A stretch of DNA of 64,000 nucleotides, from assembly GCA_973851085.1 (NCBI GenBank), contig OZ316775.1, forward strand, positions 5,022,001 through 5,086,000. Direction: 5' to 3'. This document shows, piece after piece, positions 14,827 through 25,989 of this stretch (position 1 is its first letter; every line of letters begins with the position of its first letter). A model generated the notes under the pieces. It saw only the letters and a program-made list of their open reading frames with translations, was not told where the DNA came from and searched no databases. Origin of the DNA: Ptychomitrium polyphyllum. Its lineage: Eukaryota. The position numbers were made by a program, and so were the translations under genes.

Positions 14827-14834
14827 AAACCCTA
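14827..14834. promoter_or_regulatory. Telo-box (AAACCCTA) near the probable SBDS transcription start
   Basis: AAACCCTA at 14827, with related AACCCTAA near 14097 and TAGGGTT at 14185. Telo-boxes are typical of plant ribosome-biogenesis genes. Confidence 0.4.
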
Positions 14835-15127
14835 GGACCCCACTCCCGACTCCACAACGCACAGAAAAACGTTCCGAAAACTTCTGTAGAATGGCCATTC
14901 CGATTCCCTGCGAAATCGGGGAGAGAGATAGAGGGAGACGACGGTACCTGGTGGGCGGTGAGGTTGCTTACGGCGTCGAGAACAAGAAGCGCTGGATCGA
15001 TCCGCTCTTCCACACAGCCGTTTGTTGCAATTCAGACAACCTCTGCTCCGTCGCTCCCAGAGTCTGCAAGCGACTTCTCATGCCAGCGCTGAATAATTAG
15101 GGCAAGTGCTCTGCAAGCCCTCTGCTG

Positions 15128-15162
15128 GAAACCCCCCGATGAAACCCCCCGATGAAACCCCC
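15128..15162. repeat. 13-bp tandem repeat GAAACCCCCCGAT, about 2.7 copies
   Basis: Read directly in the sequence upstream of SBDS. Confidence 0.85.
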
Positions 15163-17020
15163 TTCGTCTGCGTGGAATAAGCGGATGAAAAATATCTCCT
15201 GGATGATAAAATCCGACATTCCAGCCTTACTCAACCGAACCCCGACCTCGCGCCAAACAATTTCCTAAACAGCACATGGATCCTGCTGCAGTGTGCTGCA
15301 CTGTTCCTACTAGGAGTAAGGATGTTGGGATGGGGTTGTTGTTTTCCAAACAACTCTTTGTACAAGAGAACAGACATTGAATGATAGAGAAGTGTAATGA
15401 TATTTCTAATCACACTTTTGAAAGAAGGAAGAGGAGTTTCTAATTGATTTTTTAGGGGCCTTAATAGATGGGATATGAATAGTACTATAAGCATTGCTAA
15501 TCATAAGTATTAGAGATTTGACATTCTAGCTATGAGATTCAATGTCACGGATGAGGAATTGATACTTTTACATTTTGGTATTATAAGTATTTTGGAATAA
15601 TGGTTAGTACAATTGATGAATTCAATAACTCCAAAATCAATACAATGGAGTTAACGATGGATAGGTGGAACGGCTTGGTTTTGGCTATAATCTTTTATAC
15701 CATTGTCACACACAAGCTCTTTATTTCAATGACAAACCATAATATTCTCATAGGATTTTAAATCTCAATCAATCACAAGCTGGCATGTATTAATTTTCCT
15801 TACAAAATAATTATTTGATAATGAGCCTATTGTATTGGTATAGTGTGGTATAATTTCTTATTATTGAGGTTCAAAAATAAGTTGATAAATTACATTAGAA
15901 TTTAAAATACATTCTATAAATCTTTAGTCCTAAAAATGAATGAAAGTATTTAAAGGAACAAAAGTGCTTGAGCTCTTTAAATTGAATTTTCAAATGTTCA
16001 AGCAAATCTAAGTTTAAATTTATATTTCATTCACTTTTTATTAAATCATTCAAAGCTTCAAAAAAGAGTTACATAATATATTAATGAAAAAAGATAACTT
16101 ACCATGCAACATTTGTAATTTATATTAACAATTAAAATTAGAATTTTTAAAAATATATGTTTGAAGTATTCATTTTATTTATATCATACTCAAAAGTTTG
16201 AAGTATTCATTCCATAAGACCACCAAAAGGAACCTTTCAATCAATTGTAAGGCTTCTAGAAGTGTTTTGAAGCCAATTGAGAACATTAAACAATCGCATA
16301 TTCTATTAATAAAGAAGGTCTTTTGATCTGTTCTACATAATAGCATTCACCTTCCATTATCAAAAATCTTTAAATATATAAACTTACTTGGTATTGACCT
16401 TGCAAATAAATATATGGTTTATAAGTTTACTTATTTTAATTCACCTTTGATTTTTTTATTATCCAAATTTTATTATTTTTAGAGTATTTTGGATTGATGT
16501 CGTACTTCTTCTAATACATAGTTTTAAAAGCAAATTTGTAGAGAAAGGCACATTTTGCTACCACAACCTACTTCCTTTTTTTTCTTCATAATGATAATTC
16601 TTTTAGATATTTGCATCTTTTAATACTAGACAATTGAAGAATTCCTTTAAACTGTATCTTAAAGCAACAAGATGATATTTCGAGTGCTTTTTCAACTTCA
16701 CATTGGTCAAGGAAGCTAGCTTAAGAAAGTACTCTGAATAAATTAGTGCTTGTAATGTTAATTTTCATTAATATTTTTTATAAAGTCTCTTAAAAGCACT
16801 TCTTCTCACAATTTTTGAAGATGGTCTTTGTTTTCACAAGAAAAAACAAATTTCATAAACAAAGCAGGTGGTAAAAATTCTAAATGTTAAGAAAAGTTTG
16901 TAGCCACTACTAAATGTTTGAAAGAAAAGGCACTATGGTAATGGCACCATCATCTATCTTTAGCAATCTTTTTCATTTGCTAGGTTTTTTTTTTATAAAT
17001 ATTCTACATACCATACAAGT

Positions 17021-19295
17021 TGTCGTAACCTTTGCAATATACTTCAACAAACGTCACGCATGCCAATCTTGTATACCTCCACATGCACATGATTAACCCC
17101 CATTTTTATATTCCAAGCCCTAGGCTTGGTTTCCAATTCTTCCTACTCATTTTTCTTAGAACTCTCAATTATTTGGTAGCCAATGATTAGGTGCAGACTT
17201 CCATTCATATCCAAGGCCTCATTTGATATTATTTCCATTTCACATGGCCTAACCGTACTTAGTGGTGTCTGCTTACTAACACTCATGATCTCTACATGAT
17301 CCCATGATCACCTCGGGCCACCATAGTGCTAGCACAAAGACACCACCGCAATATAGTGACAACTCGCGCACAGTTTAGACTTCACTAATTCTTTTAATGA
17401 AAATGGCCCCTTAACAGCTCACAATGGTGTGGGAGTCTCAATGGTGAAGCTTTAACACTAATTCCATCCACCGGGACTCATCCTTGGTTACTATGGGGAC
17501 ATTATGGGAGTGGGGAACAACACTAGTCCTCCCTATACTACTATTTGTGGAATTCGATAGGCCGCCTGGTTGTCGCAACCCTTGTAATGTACCTTAGCAA
17601 GCGTCACGCGCTTCAACTCTATACACCCCCACATGCACATGGTTAACCTCCATTGTTACTTTCTAGGTCTTTCTACCATTTCTCTTAGGACACCCAATTT
17701 ATTAGTAGCCAATGGTTAGGTGCGGACTTCCATTCATGTCCAAGGCCTCCTTGGTGTTACTCCCAATTCACACGGCCTAACCGCACTTAGTGGTGTCTCC
17801 TCACCACCACTCATAATTCCCATGCGATCCTAAGATCACCCCGGGCCATCATAGTGCCGGCGTGAAGACACCACCCCAACTTAGTGGTAACAAGCGTACT
17901 CTTTTGAACGTGCTAGTTCCCTCCGAGAAACCAGCCGTCCACCGGCTCACAATGGTGTGGGGGTCCCCGTGGTGAAGCCTCAACACTAGCGCCACCAACC
18001 GGGACTCACCCTTAGTCTCTACCGGGACACTAGGAGAGTGGGGAGGGGAACCAGCCCTCCCTTATAGTACTCTTTGTGGGATTCGGCAGGCCCCCTGGCC
18101 CTCTAGAGCTGGCTGAACTCCGACACACCTAGAGTTTTGGAAGACCACCCAATCTCCCTTGGGACTTTGCCGCCGGAAGCCTCCGGGACTCCTAGCGGAC
18201 CTTCAGGGAGCCATATCTTCTTCATTAAGTGCCCGAATGTATCAAGAAACCACTCTATTGTCATTTACTCTTTGCGTAGATGCCGATAAACTCTTCAAAC
18301 GTCCGATTTGATTTAGTATTGTGGGAGATACGCTTCTCCCAAGGTTCGGGACTTCCGGGGAGTCCCTCCCTGGACTGTCCCACTCCAGTACAGTCACTGT
18401 GTAGGGCTGCCACACTCCAGAACAGCCCCTTGGCAACCCCAACTTTGGGATGCCATAACTTTTAGCTCCCTTGTCCAATTTGGACAATCTTTAGCATTCT
18501 AGAATCAACTCTTCGTGATTCCTCCAATGCCCAAGATCTATCTCTCGTGGCCCTCGGTCTACATGGGCAAGGATGTTTTTCCCCCTAGGAGTCCTTCCCA
18601 CGCTAGGCCTACTCGGTTCCCCTCACTATTGGCGCCACAAGTCCCGGATGTCACTCCGGGATCCCCCTTGTGCCCTTAGTGTTGCAGGCACTCCTCAAAG
18701 AGAGGTGCGCGACACTGAACTTTTGTAGCTAGCCGAACCCCGACACATTCAAAACTTTGGAAGACCACCCAATTCCTTTTAGGACATAGCCGCTGGAGCC
18801 TTCGAAACTTCCTATGGACCTTTAGGGTCCTATATCTTCCACGTTTGATCTCCGAACTTAACAAACAACCACTCTATCGTCATCTATTCTTTGCTTAAAT
18901 GTTGATAGAATCCTCAATTTTCCAATCTAAATTAGAATTCAGAGAGATATGGATCTTCCAAGGTTTGAGGCTCTTAGGGAGTCCTTCCTTGTACTGTCCT
19001 AGTTCAACACAGTCACAGTCTAGAACAGCCCCTAGGCAATCTCAACTTTGAGATTCCATATCTTTTAACTCCTATATTTGATTTGAGCAATCCTTAGCAT
19101 TCTTGAATCAACTCGTCGTGAGGCATTTAATGCCTATGACTTTGTCATTGTGGCTCTTATTCTTTGTAGGCAAGGATGTTATTCCTCCTCGGAGTCCTTT
19201 CCCACGTTAAGTTCACTCGGATCACGTCACCACTGGTGCCACAAGTCCCAAATGTTACCCCGAGGTCCTCCTTATGTCCTTAGTGTTGCGGGACA
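17021..19295. mobile_element. Older solo LTR (about 1.13 kb), split into 17021-17570 and 18715-19295 by a younger copy
   Basis: Begins TGTCGTAACC and ends ...GTGTTGCGGGACA. The left half aligns to 17571-18100 and the right half to 18095-18690. It is more AT-rich (more decayed) than the inner copy. Confidence 0.75.
17571..18714. mobile_element. Younger solo LTR (1144 bp) of the same LTR-retrotransposon family
   Basis: Termini TGTCGC...GCGACA form a TG..CA inverted repeat. Flanks CTGGT/CTGAA both correspond to the single CTGGC in the uninterrupted copy, consistent with a decayed 5-bp target-site duplication. No internal ORFs. Confidence 0.8.
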
Positions 19296-19299
19296 AAAG

Positions 19300-21480
19300 A
19301 AGTATTGCAAAGAAAGAAACAACATTCAGTATTTATTCCACCTAGTTTAGTATATCCAATCTTGAAATAAAAATATTCATCTAAAATGCCCCTATATTTG
19401 TAATCATAAAGATTTTGGAAAAGTTTTAAAGTCCAAACCTTCTATAGGCGCATATATAAAAATTCATTATCAAGTTATTTTTAAATATTTTCTTCAAACT
19501 TGTTTTTGGATGTCAATCTTCTATTGACATTTATTTCTTTATTTTTTAACTTCTTTGCATTTGTAGATTGCGGCTAGCCAAAATTATCATGTTTCTTCAC
19601 TACAATGCAAGAATTTCAACATTAACCTCTTCATTGCTAGTGTTTCTAAAAAGTCTACAAGTTTTGAAAATCTCCTAACTTTTATTTAAAGTTCTTGATT
19701 GGAATTTTGACCTTTAAAGATGTCATATTCATTTTTGAATTTGTAGATGCTTATTTACATGATAATGTCATGGTATTGGTTTTCATTCCAATATCCACTT
19801 GATCTTTTGCAATTTGAAAGAATTGATAAAGCAATATACATATTATTACCTATAGAATTGAAAGAAAATTGATAAGTTGTTCTTGGCGTCTCTATAGAAT
19901 ACCTTGGCCTAGATATGTAAACTTTTTATATTTATTTCCATATTTCAATTTGGTTCTTATAATATTTTGCATCCATTTTTAATTATTATTTTGGCTATAA
20001 ATCTTTGCATTTCTAAATTTAGCTTTTATACACAATAAGTTGATTTAATTGTAATTTTCATTGTAAAAAAAATGATTTTCTTCAAAACAATTCAAAGCTT
20101 AGACAAGAATAATACCTTGTTTAATTTAAACACTAATAGTAGCAAATACATGCAGAATACCATGCCATAGCAAGGCATGTATGAGAAGGACCTCATATTC
20201 ATGCAAGTGTTGATTGCGTGCTTCTCTTATTCTGGTGATAATGTTGTAGATTGAAAGGCCTCTACAACTACATTTTGGAATATTATTATTTTTTTAGTTT
20301 CTTTGTTATGATTCTATTTCATCTTTTTTTTTCTTAAAAGCATGAGATTTTTTTTTGTTGCTTATTTTTAAAAGCTTCTTTCTGCGTACTGCTAAGCCAT
20401 TGGCGCACACATTTTGACATTTAAAATGATTTAAATATCTTTAATGTCCTATTAAAGCCTCTTAATTTTCTAATAGTTCCTCTTGTGGCTGCAAGGAAAA
20501 AAAATAACCTTATGTAATCTTTCTTTGAATCAATGTTCTACAAAAAAATCAAAATGCAATTGAATTGCTTATGTATAAGTTTATTTTTACTTCTTCTTGG
20601 ATTTAAACTTCTAAGCTTAGGTTGTTGCATCTTCTTCAACTATCAATGATTTTTTCCGTCTTTTACAAAATTATGATGCTCATTTTTCAGTCTTTGCTGA
20701 TCCAGCATGTGTAATTAAACCTTCCATTGACATTCTTCTTTCTTTGCTATGCTAAGAATACATTGGTGGTCTTTGAAGCAATTCCTTCTTTGGCTCCTTT
20801 TCATTCTGTTTATTTATATCAAGTAATTACTCCATGTAAAAGCTAAAGAAGGTGAAAATAGTGAAAAAAGTAGTAGCTTCAATAAATGTTGTTTTGGCTA
20901 TTTTAAATACTATTTTAATAAATTTAAATGGATTTTTTCATTCATTCCAAACTTGTATGATTTTATATATGTGTTGATTAAAACTTCTATTACACATAAA
21001 TGAATTTTTAATTCTGCTGCTTATATTAAAATAGTAGAACAATCTTTGTAATTTTGGCCTTTCCACAATAGATATGGTTATAAGATCTTGTTTGCTTGAT
21101 TATATGTATCAACCACAATAATAAACTGTTTTATTAATTTGTTTGCATTTATCTTTTATATGTGTTGTTCAAATTAATTTTTTTAAATAGAAACTTTAGA
21201 TTCTTAAATTTAAGCCCATAAGCCTACTTACTTCCAAAAGTACCAATTTAGTGCTCAAGTTTTAGTGCTCACATAGCAAACCTCACCATTCATTGCTTAC
21301 ATGATAATACATCACCTTCTATTATGATTAATATATTTGATGTGCATGACATTGAATGTTAATATCTTAAATAATTGCAACTTAATTTAAGTTTTTTTAT
21401 TTGTAAGAATATATAATATTTTAACTAGTAGAAAGGTGTAAAATTTTCTTTAATCATAAATTTTTTTTTTTTTTTTTTTT
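19300..21480. other. Very AT-rich decayed intergenic/transposon debris (similar tracts at about 1900-2900, 15400-17000, 22250-23050 and 56000-57850)
   Basis: Strong CG depletion and almost no ORFs, interleaved with LTR remnants. No family can be assigned by eye. Confidence 0.45.
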
Positions 21481-21496
21481 TGCTACTTCTTATTAG

Positions 21497-22240
21497 TGAT
21501 ACAAGAAACAAGAAGCAGAAACAAAGTGTTTCTCAAGAATTAGCTTCCAAAGAGTTAATGATTAACAATAACTTGATATAAAGACTAAAACAAGACAAGA
21601 TTCAAGATGATCCACAACTTTTGGCAAGACTAAGGAATACTTTGTCTTGCCTCTTATTTATATTGTGACACTTGTCTCTCCTAGGATACTTCTAAAGAAG
21701 CTTCCTACAAGGCTTAAAAATGTTCTAGAAGTCTAAGGAACCTTTCTAAAAAGTTTTCTAAGATGTTGGAACCTTCCTAAGAAGCTTCCAAAGAGCTGGA
21801 ACCTTCTATAGAAATTTCCTAAGATATTAGAACCTTTCTTGGAAGTTTTCTAATGGAGCGGAACATTTTTAGGAAGTTTCATAAAGAGGTGGAACCTTCC
21901 TAGGAAGTTTCTTGAGGTGGTGGAACCTTCTTAGGAAATTTCTTGAGATGGTGGAACCTTCCTAGGAAGTTTCTTGAGTTAATGGAACCTTCCTAGGAAG
22001 TTTAATAAGGTGATAGAACCCTCCTAAGAAGTATCTTAGGAAGTTACTTGAGATGATGAAGCCTTCTTAGGAAGTTTCCTACGGCGGAAGAACTTTCTTA
22101 GGAAGCTTCCTAAGAACATGGAAAGGCTATGGAGACATTTAAAAGTATTCTAAAAAGCTATTATAATATGCCAGAAAGTTTTAGAATGTTCTAAGGAGTA
22201 TATTGCATGATTTATGTCTGTGACACTTCCCTCATTTTTG
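21497..22240 (-). mobile_element. 3' LTR (22225 to 21497, about 730 bp) with adjacent polypurine tract, from a decayed LTR retrotransposon
   Basis: The minus strand reads AAAAATGAGGGAAG (PPT-like) then TGTCACA...TGTATCA. A TATA-like ATATAAATA lies at about 21655-21663, downstream of an internal tandem array. Confidence 0.65.
21737..22115. repeat. 31-bp tandem array (about 12 copies, consensus GGAACCTTCCTAGGAAGTTTCTTGAGATGGT) with palindromic core CTTCCTAGGAAG
   Basis: Unit starts at 21798, 21829, 21860, 21891, 21922, 21953, 21984 and 22015 give a period of 31. More degenerate copies lie on both flanks. Confidence 0.9.
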
Positions 22241-24069
22241 GTAAGTAGTGTGAAAATAATTAACACCAACTTTAGTAAAGCTTACTAGATGTCATTGAAT
22301 CAACATTTGATAAACTTCTTAGTTTCAAATCATTTGTTCTTCTTTTTATTAAGACCTTTCAATTTTTCTAAAATTCATTTTAATTTCTTCATATGGAATA
22401 TTATTATACTTTAGTTTTAAAAGTTAATTCAAATAATAATTCAATGGAATTTTTTATGTAATTGGTAATTTTTTTTATTTAGACATGTGATTATGTTGAT
22501 TATTAATGATATATTTAAGCCAATGATTTCATTTAATAAATATAATAAAAAGGTAAGTGATGCAATAAAAAATTATTTTTAAATTATAAAAGAAATATTC
22601 TACAACTCAAGTGTCCATTATTTGATTGTATTCATTATTTTTTTCTCCATAGCTCTTATTTCTATGACATTTTTTCATCTATTATTTTGTTATAATTGTA
22701 AATATATTTGAAATCAATTAATTTGGTGCAATAAATTTGTGAAAAGAGAATGTTAAATGAAATTCAACATTTTTTTTAACGTGAAATTAATAACATTATG
22801 GTAAGTAGTTTAACACTTTTCTTGGAATCCACAATTTTGGTAAATTTTGTACTATTGTGATTTAAACATTAAATTTTATTAGTTAAATGTTCACATTAAT
22901 ATAGATTAAAAAAACTAATTGAATATATACAATAGATTGCATTCAAATTGTTCAAGAACATAATGTGTAGAATACTAAACTCAAGCATAGAACGCACTCC
23001 CAACTCAACATTATTATCCCTTAGCATCCATAGGCAATTTCAGATTGTTTTGAAAATTGTTATATAGAAGTGTTCTACTGCGGACATAATGGCTTGTGGA
23101 TGTGTTTGACTGGACGAACATGTAACAAAGTGGATTCTAGACACCTGTGAGATTTTTTGGACCGATGCATGGCATAGGGGTAGAATGTATGGGTGTTGTT
23201 AAGCTTCAAAAATAATCGCGCAGGGCAGGGAAAGAAGTGGAAATTCGAACAAGGACAGGGAAAGAGAAAAGAGTAGAAAAGAATGAGAGGGAAAGCAAGA
23301 ATGTGAGGAATCACCATGCCTGCGAAGGAAGCGAGAGCCATAGCTGAACCCACTTTAGAAGAGAAACCACGGCTGATTTCGAGCGCAAACTGCCATCCCC
23401 GCCTCAACGATCAGACTCTCACATTGAATGCCAGTTCAGTGAAGGCGCCAGTCGGTGGCCCACTCTCCGACGACCACCGGGGTTCAGTTCGACCTCATGG
23501 ATGAATGGTTCGAAGCTCCTCACGCAGTCAGCAAATATTTCACAGAAGAATCAATGTTCACGATGAACTTCGAACCTCTCATCCCCCCTGCTGTGTTCCC
23601 GAAGGACGTTCCAACTGGCGAAGGCGGCGCTCCCAATCATATTGGTCGTCGTCCTCACCGCTCTTCACAAGGTGTCCCCAGCAGTTTAGACTGTGCACTT
23701 TCCGGTTGATATGGGGCGTTACTAATGAGATACCCAGGTGATAGAATTGTGATACCCGGAGTTATTGAGGTGTTTGTTGTGTAAAATAGCCAAGAATTCC
23801 AGTGTAAACCGAGTCTTTGTGTGTTTGCAGCTAGAGCTCAAGCTCTTGAAGCTCTTGAGTCTGCAACCCTTCTAACGTGGTTTGCTTCAGCATTTGCCGC
23901 AGGTGCTTCGCGGTCGTGCGGCAGCCCTAGCTTGAGGTTTCCCTGGTTTGATCCCGTTGGCAAGGGGGATCGCGAGGGCGAGGGCGCCGCTGCATTGTGT
24001 TGGTTGTCTGTGCACCGGCGTCGGCGCCACCCCGGGGGGCTTGCGGTGCGGTGTCGTGCCGTTGCGGCG

Positions 24070-25989
24070 ATGTCGTACCAGGATGATCAGAGCGAGGACT
24101 ACCTCTTCAAGGTTGTTCTCATCGGCGATAGCGCCGTTGGGAAGTCCAACCTTCTCTCTCGCTATGCTCGCAATGAGTTCAACTCGAACTCGAAGGCGAC
24201 CATCGGGGTGGAGTTTCAAACGCAGTCTATGGAAATCGACGGCAAGGAGGTGAAGGCTCAGATCTGGGACACTGCTGGCCAGGAGCGGTTCCGTGCGGTC
24301 ACCTCTGCGTACTACCGCGGTGCCGTTGGCGCGCTCATCGTTTACGACATCAGCCGCCGTGGCACTTTCGAGAATATCAGTCGCTGGCTCGATGAACTCA
24401 AAGGTTAGTTGGAGATTCATTCTGTACGGGCACGCACTGCGTTTTGTCTTGTCTGCTCGGTTTCTATTTAGAGAAGTATTGTGAACTTCTGTGAGAAAAT
24501 TACTTCTTCTTTTCCACTGTGGGATATGCCCGTAGTCGCTTGCTCTGGATTATAGGTGTAGAGAGCACCCGGTCGACATCAGGAAGGTGCATGTATTTTG
24601 TCGATGGGCAGGTAGATATTGCGGTGCTCCTGCGAGCGTATGGTTAGAGAAAAGTGAGACTCGTGCGTGGATCTTCCGAAAGTCTCGGGGCACTCTGGCT
24701 TTTTGGCGAGAGAACTTGTGGAGGAAATTTCTGGTTACAAGCTTAAGATGGAACGTAGAGGCGCAGGTTTGTGTAGGTTGCAGTGTAGTAGGGTAGGCGA
24801 GTCGTAACGGGTGCAGTCGATAGATTTCCACATGTTTTCCTTCTTAAATGCTTCCGGCTGAGTTTTGTTGTGGATAGAATTAGACCCTAGCCCGTGACAG
24901 GAGTTATTGTGAAATGTGAAACTCGGAGTAGCTTTGTGTGACATCGTATGATTGTTCCAGTCTATCCGTTTGGTGCTTGAGGCCGTCGTCTGGGCTAAAC
25001 TGGTATGTTAAAGGGATCTCTTACGTAGATTACAGCTCTAGCCATGGACGACGCACTCGTCACGAGTTGATATGCTGAGCGGAAGTCCTGGATTGCGATT
25101 CGATGGTCTGAAAGCATATCATATCTGCATTAGAACCAGTAATGCACGTGGTTTATGTAAACTAGTAAAGTATTTTTTACTAAAACCTCTTGGTTTTTCA
25201 AAAGGTAGCTTTCAAAATCATCCTTGGGAGGTTCTTACAAGTTACTCTGTAGGCTTCATCTCTCAGGAGAAAGCCCGAGAACTGTCGATGCATAATTCCT
25301 TAGATCTTGAACAATGCTTTGACCTAAAACTGTGTACCTGGCGCTGTTTTTACAGAATTTTCATGAGCACTCAGTTACTTCTTTCCTTTTGAGTACATTT
25401 GCTTTACATTCATCATTTATTATAATTTAGGATCTTAGTTTCATTAGCCATCTTGTAAGATGGAACTTGTTTACATGCTCGAATTAGCTTTGTAATGGAA
25501 ATGTTCATGAGGTGCATTTATGTCGTGCCTTGTCTGTAGCGAGCTCTAGTAAATTTTAAAATCACGAGATTAAGGTATCATATTTGAGAGAACACCTAGG
25601 TTTTGCAGGATTTTTTTTGTTCTCTCGTGAAGAGTGTCTAACCGGCCATTGCTGGTTTTGTTGCGGTTTCTGCAGTTCATTCCGACTCAAGTGTGGTTGT
25701 AATGCTTGTTGGAAATAAGAGCGATCTTGCACATATTCGGGAGGTTACTGTGGAAGAAGCGACTGCTCTTGCAGAGAAAAATACCATGTCCTTTATGGAG
25801 ACATCTGCTTTGGAGTCTGTGAATGTGGTCGACGCTTTCCAGACTGTTCTGAAAGAGATTCACAAGATAGTCAGCAAGAAGGCCCTAACAGCAGACCCTA
25901 ACAAGTCTGACACGGTTGTTGCAAGTGGTCAAAGGTTGGCTGGTGGTGATGACACGACACCAAGGAGGGGTGGATGCTGTTCGTATTAG
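24070..25989 (+). CDS. RABA5: Rab11-family small GTPase, RabA5 subclass. Exons 24070-24403, 25676-25989
   Basis: [51 protein letters not shown] and the C-terminal prenylation motif GCCSY. One phase-1 intron. Confidence 0.95.

Noticed and set aside
14403..14828. 141-aa + strand ORF upstream of SBDS
   Set aside because: Antisense to the probable SBDS 5' leader, with no protein-like motifs.
21737..22115. Palindromic 31-bp repeats resembling a CRISPR array
   Set aside because: The units are contiguous with no unique spacers, there are no cas genes, and the context is a eukaryotic LTR.
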